From an uncultured delta proteobacterium (lineage in GTDB: Bacteria > Myxococcota_A > Polyangia > Polyangiales > Polyangiaceae): 64,000 nucleotides of DNA. Made by a program: the position numbers and the translations under genes. This document shows positions 62,534-64,000 of this stretch, piece by piece; within the stretch, counting starts at the first letter, position 1, and each line of letters opens with the position of its first letter. The stretch is taken from contig CAWDXG010000004.1 of the NCBI GenBank assembly GCA_963806225.1, positions 3,040,001-3,104,000 of the forward strand. The letters are read 5' to 3'. The notes under the pieces are model-generated. The model saw only the letters and a program-made list of their open reading frames with translations. It was not told the DNA's origin and did not search any database.

Positions 62534-63472
62534 ATGGGGAAGAACACTGCGCGTGCTGGGTCGGGAGCTCTTCGACCCGCCGCGTGCTCCAGCGCGGCGG
62601 CCGCGCTCTTCCTGGCGACGACCCCAGCCTGGGCGCAACCCGCGCCGGCAGGCGCACAGCCACCTCCGCCGTCACCGCCCACAACCCAACCCGCACCGCT
62701 GCCTGCCAGCGAGGCTGCGCCCGCCACGACCCAGCCGGGCGCTGGCTCGAGCAACGGCTACGGATTGACGGCGGCCCCCGTCGGAGCCGCTACGGAACGT
62801 CAGGGGCTGCCGCGCTTCGCGCCCATCATCCGTGGTGGCCTGCTGGTCGGTGGCAGCGGCACGTGGAAGTCGTCGTGCGACGGCAACAATTGCGATAGCA
62901 GCTCCACCGACTCGCTCGACTACAGCCACAAGGTAGCCTTCGCGGTCAGCGCCGATTTCCTGTGGCGGCTCGGAAGCATCGTCCGCCTCGGCCCCGGCTT
63001 GATGTACGTGGGCGGCGAGTCGGTGAAGCTGGAATCGGGTCGCGTCCTCTACCCGAACAACAAGTCCGACCCGAGCATCGGCTCGGACCTCGCCATCGAC
63101 GCGGTCCTCGAGTTCGCCCCACAGGTCGCCGACACGGTGTGGCTGGCTCCACGGCTGCAACTCGGCATGGGGGTGCTCTTCCCCGGTGGCGATCTGAACG
63201 ACTACTACGACTACCAGAAGAGCTACTGCACGAACTCGGGACAACTCGACGGATGCGACTCGGTCGGCAACGCGAGCGTCGGATGGCATGCCGGCGTGGG
63301 CTTCGGCGTCGTCTTCAGCGTGAGCAACTCGGTGCGCCTGCGGGGCGATGTGTTCGCGCAGTATTACGCGTTCAAGCTGTATGGCGTCCAGGTCAAGCCT
63401 CCGGTCGACGCGAAGTACGCGGAGAACATCGCGAGCACGCGCGGCTTCCTGTTCTTCGGCATCGAGTTCTAG
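62534..63472 (+). CDS. Probable outer-membrane beta-barrel protein
   Basis: Signal peptide ...AWAQ; Pro-rich linker; amphipathic strands; C-terminal LFFGIEF. Confidence 0.65.
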   Translation: MGKNTARAGSGALRPAACSSAAAALFLATTPAWAQPAPAGAQPPPPSPPTTQPAPLPASEAAPATTQPGAGSSNGYGLTAAPVGAATERQGLPRFAPIIRGGLLVGGSGTWKSSCDGNNCDSSSTDSLDYSHKVAFAVSADFLWRLGSIVRLGPGLMYVGGESVKLESGRVLYPNNKSDPSIGSDLAIDAVLEFAPQVADTVWLAPRLQLGMGVLFPGGDLNDYYDYQKSYCTNSGQLDGCDSVGNASVGWHAGVGFGVVFSVSNSVRLRGDVFAQYYAFKLYGVQVKPPVDAKYAENIASTRGFLFFGIEF

Positions 63473-63502
63473 CTTCCAGGGGCTACGGGAATAGGAACAG
63501 CG

Positions 63503-64000
63503 ATGAAACGAACCTTGATGATTGCAGCAGCAGCGCTTGTCGTGTCGTGCGCAAGCTACTTCCTCAAAGGCGCGAAGGAATACCGCGGCGGACCGCCACC
63601 GGGAGCCATCGCAAGCTTCACCGCCAAGACATGCACGGCGACGGCAACCGGCGAGAAGATGGGCGGACCCGAGGGTACGTACTACCTCGCGAACACCACG
63701 CGGGGGCCTGCGCTCTACGAGCTCGACGCCACGGGTCAGGGCTCCGCCATCACGAACTACTGGCGCGATGCCGAAGGGCACCACTTCGCGGCCTACGTCC
63801 GCGGTCACCAGGCGTGGGAGTACGTGCTGCCCGACGACCGCTCGAAGCCCGGCGTGCGCAAGGTGTTCCTGCAATACCAAATCCAGGGCACCCCGGGCGG
63901 CTTCCGCATCGAGGGGCAGCCCACGGCCACCTGCCCGCTGGTCAACCCGCAGGCGGCAGCGACACCCGCCGCACCCACCGCTTCAACGTCTGCGGCGCGG
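63503..64000 (+). CDS. Hypothetical lipoprotein; runs off the window
   Basis: AGGA upstream; MKRTLMIAAAALVVSC; frame stays open to the end of the window. Confidence 0.65.
   Translation, partial: MKRTLMIAAAALVVSCASYFLKGAKEYRGGPPPGAIASFTAKTCTATATGEKMGGPEGTYYLANTTRGPALYELDATGQGSAITNYWRDAEGHHFAAYVRGHQAWEYVLPDDRSKPGVRKVFLQYQIQGTPGGFRIEGQPTATCPLVNPQAAATPAAPTASTSAAR

Overview
A high-GC (roughly 70% by eye, not computed) bacterial chromosome segment that looks myxobacterial (Polyangiaceae/Sorangiineae-like). The evidence is a MYXO-CTERM protein, Hanks-type Ser/Thr kinases, a TPR/PEGA protein, a GltJ/AgmX-like ZnR-GYF-TonB_C protein, a TraB-like TSP3-OmpA protein and many Gly/Cys-rich lipoproteins. 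It holds about 60 CDS. Housekeeping genes: mdh, sucCD, ndk, dapD, dapE, fdhD, proS, a cystathionine gamma-synthase, a B12 acyl-CoA mutase, recD2, an M1 aminopeptidase, apbE, transaldolase, ybeY, HU, lnt and an RlmI-like methyltransferase. There are two efflux operons and many envelope proteins of unknown function. I see no rRNA, tRNA, CRISPR array or intact mobile element. Many genes, including core housekeeping ones, carry clustered single-base frameshifts that are best read as sequencing/assembly errors. Best leads: (i) a possible trans-envelope module at 30.7-36.9 kb (TraB-like OM protein, triple-zinc-ribbon receptor, GltJ-like protein); (ii) a kinase / TPR-PEGA / doubly anchored Cys-rich surface protein locus at 47.7-52.3 kb; (iii) TANNNT -10 boxes just upstream of many start codons, suggesting widespread leaderless mRNAs; (iv) a mutase with isobutyryl-CoA mutase specificity residues; (v) a plant-type cystathionine gamma-synthase; (vi) a degenerate histidine-kinase-like protein. 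All family calls are from recalled motifs; no searches were run.
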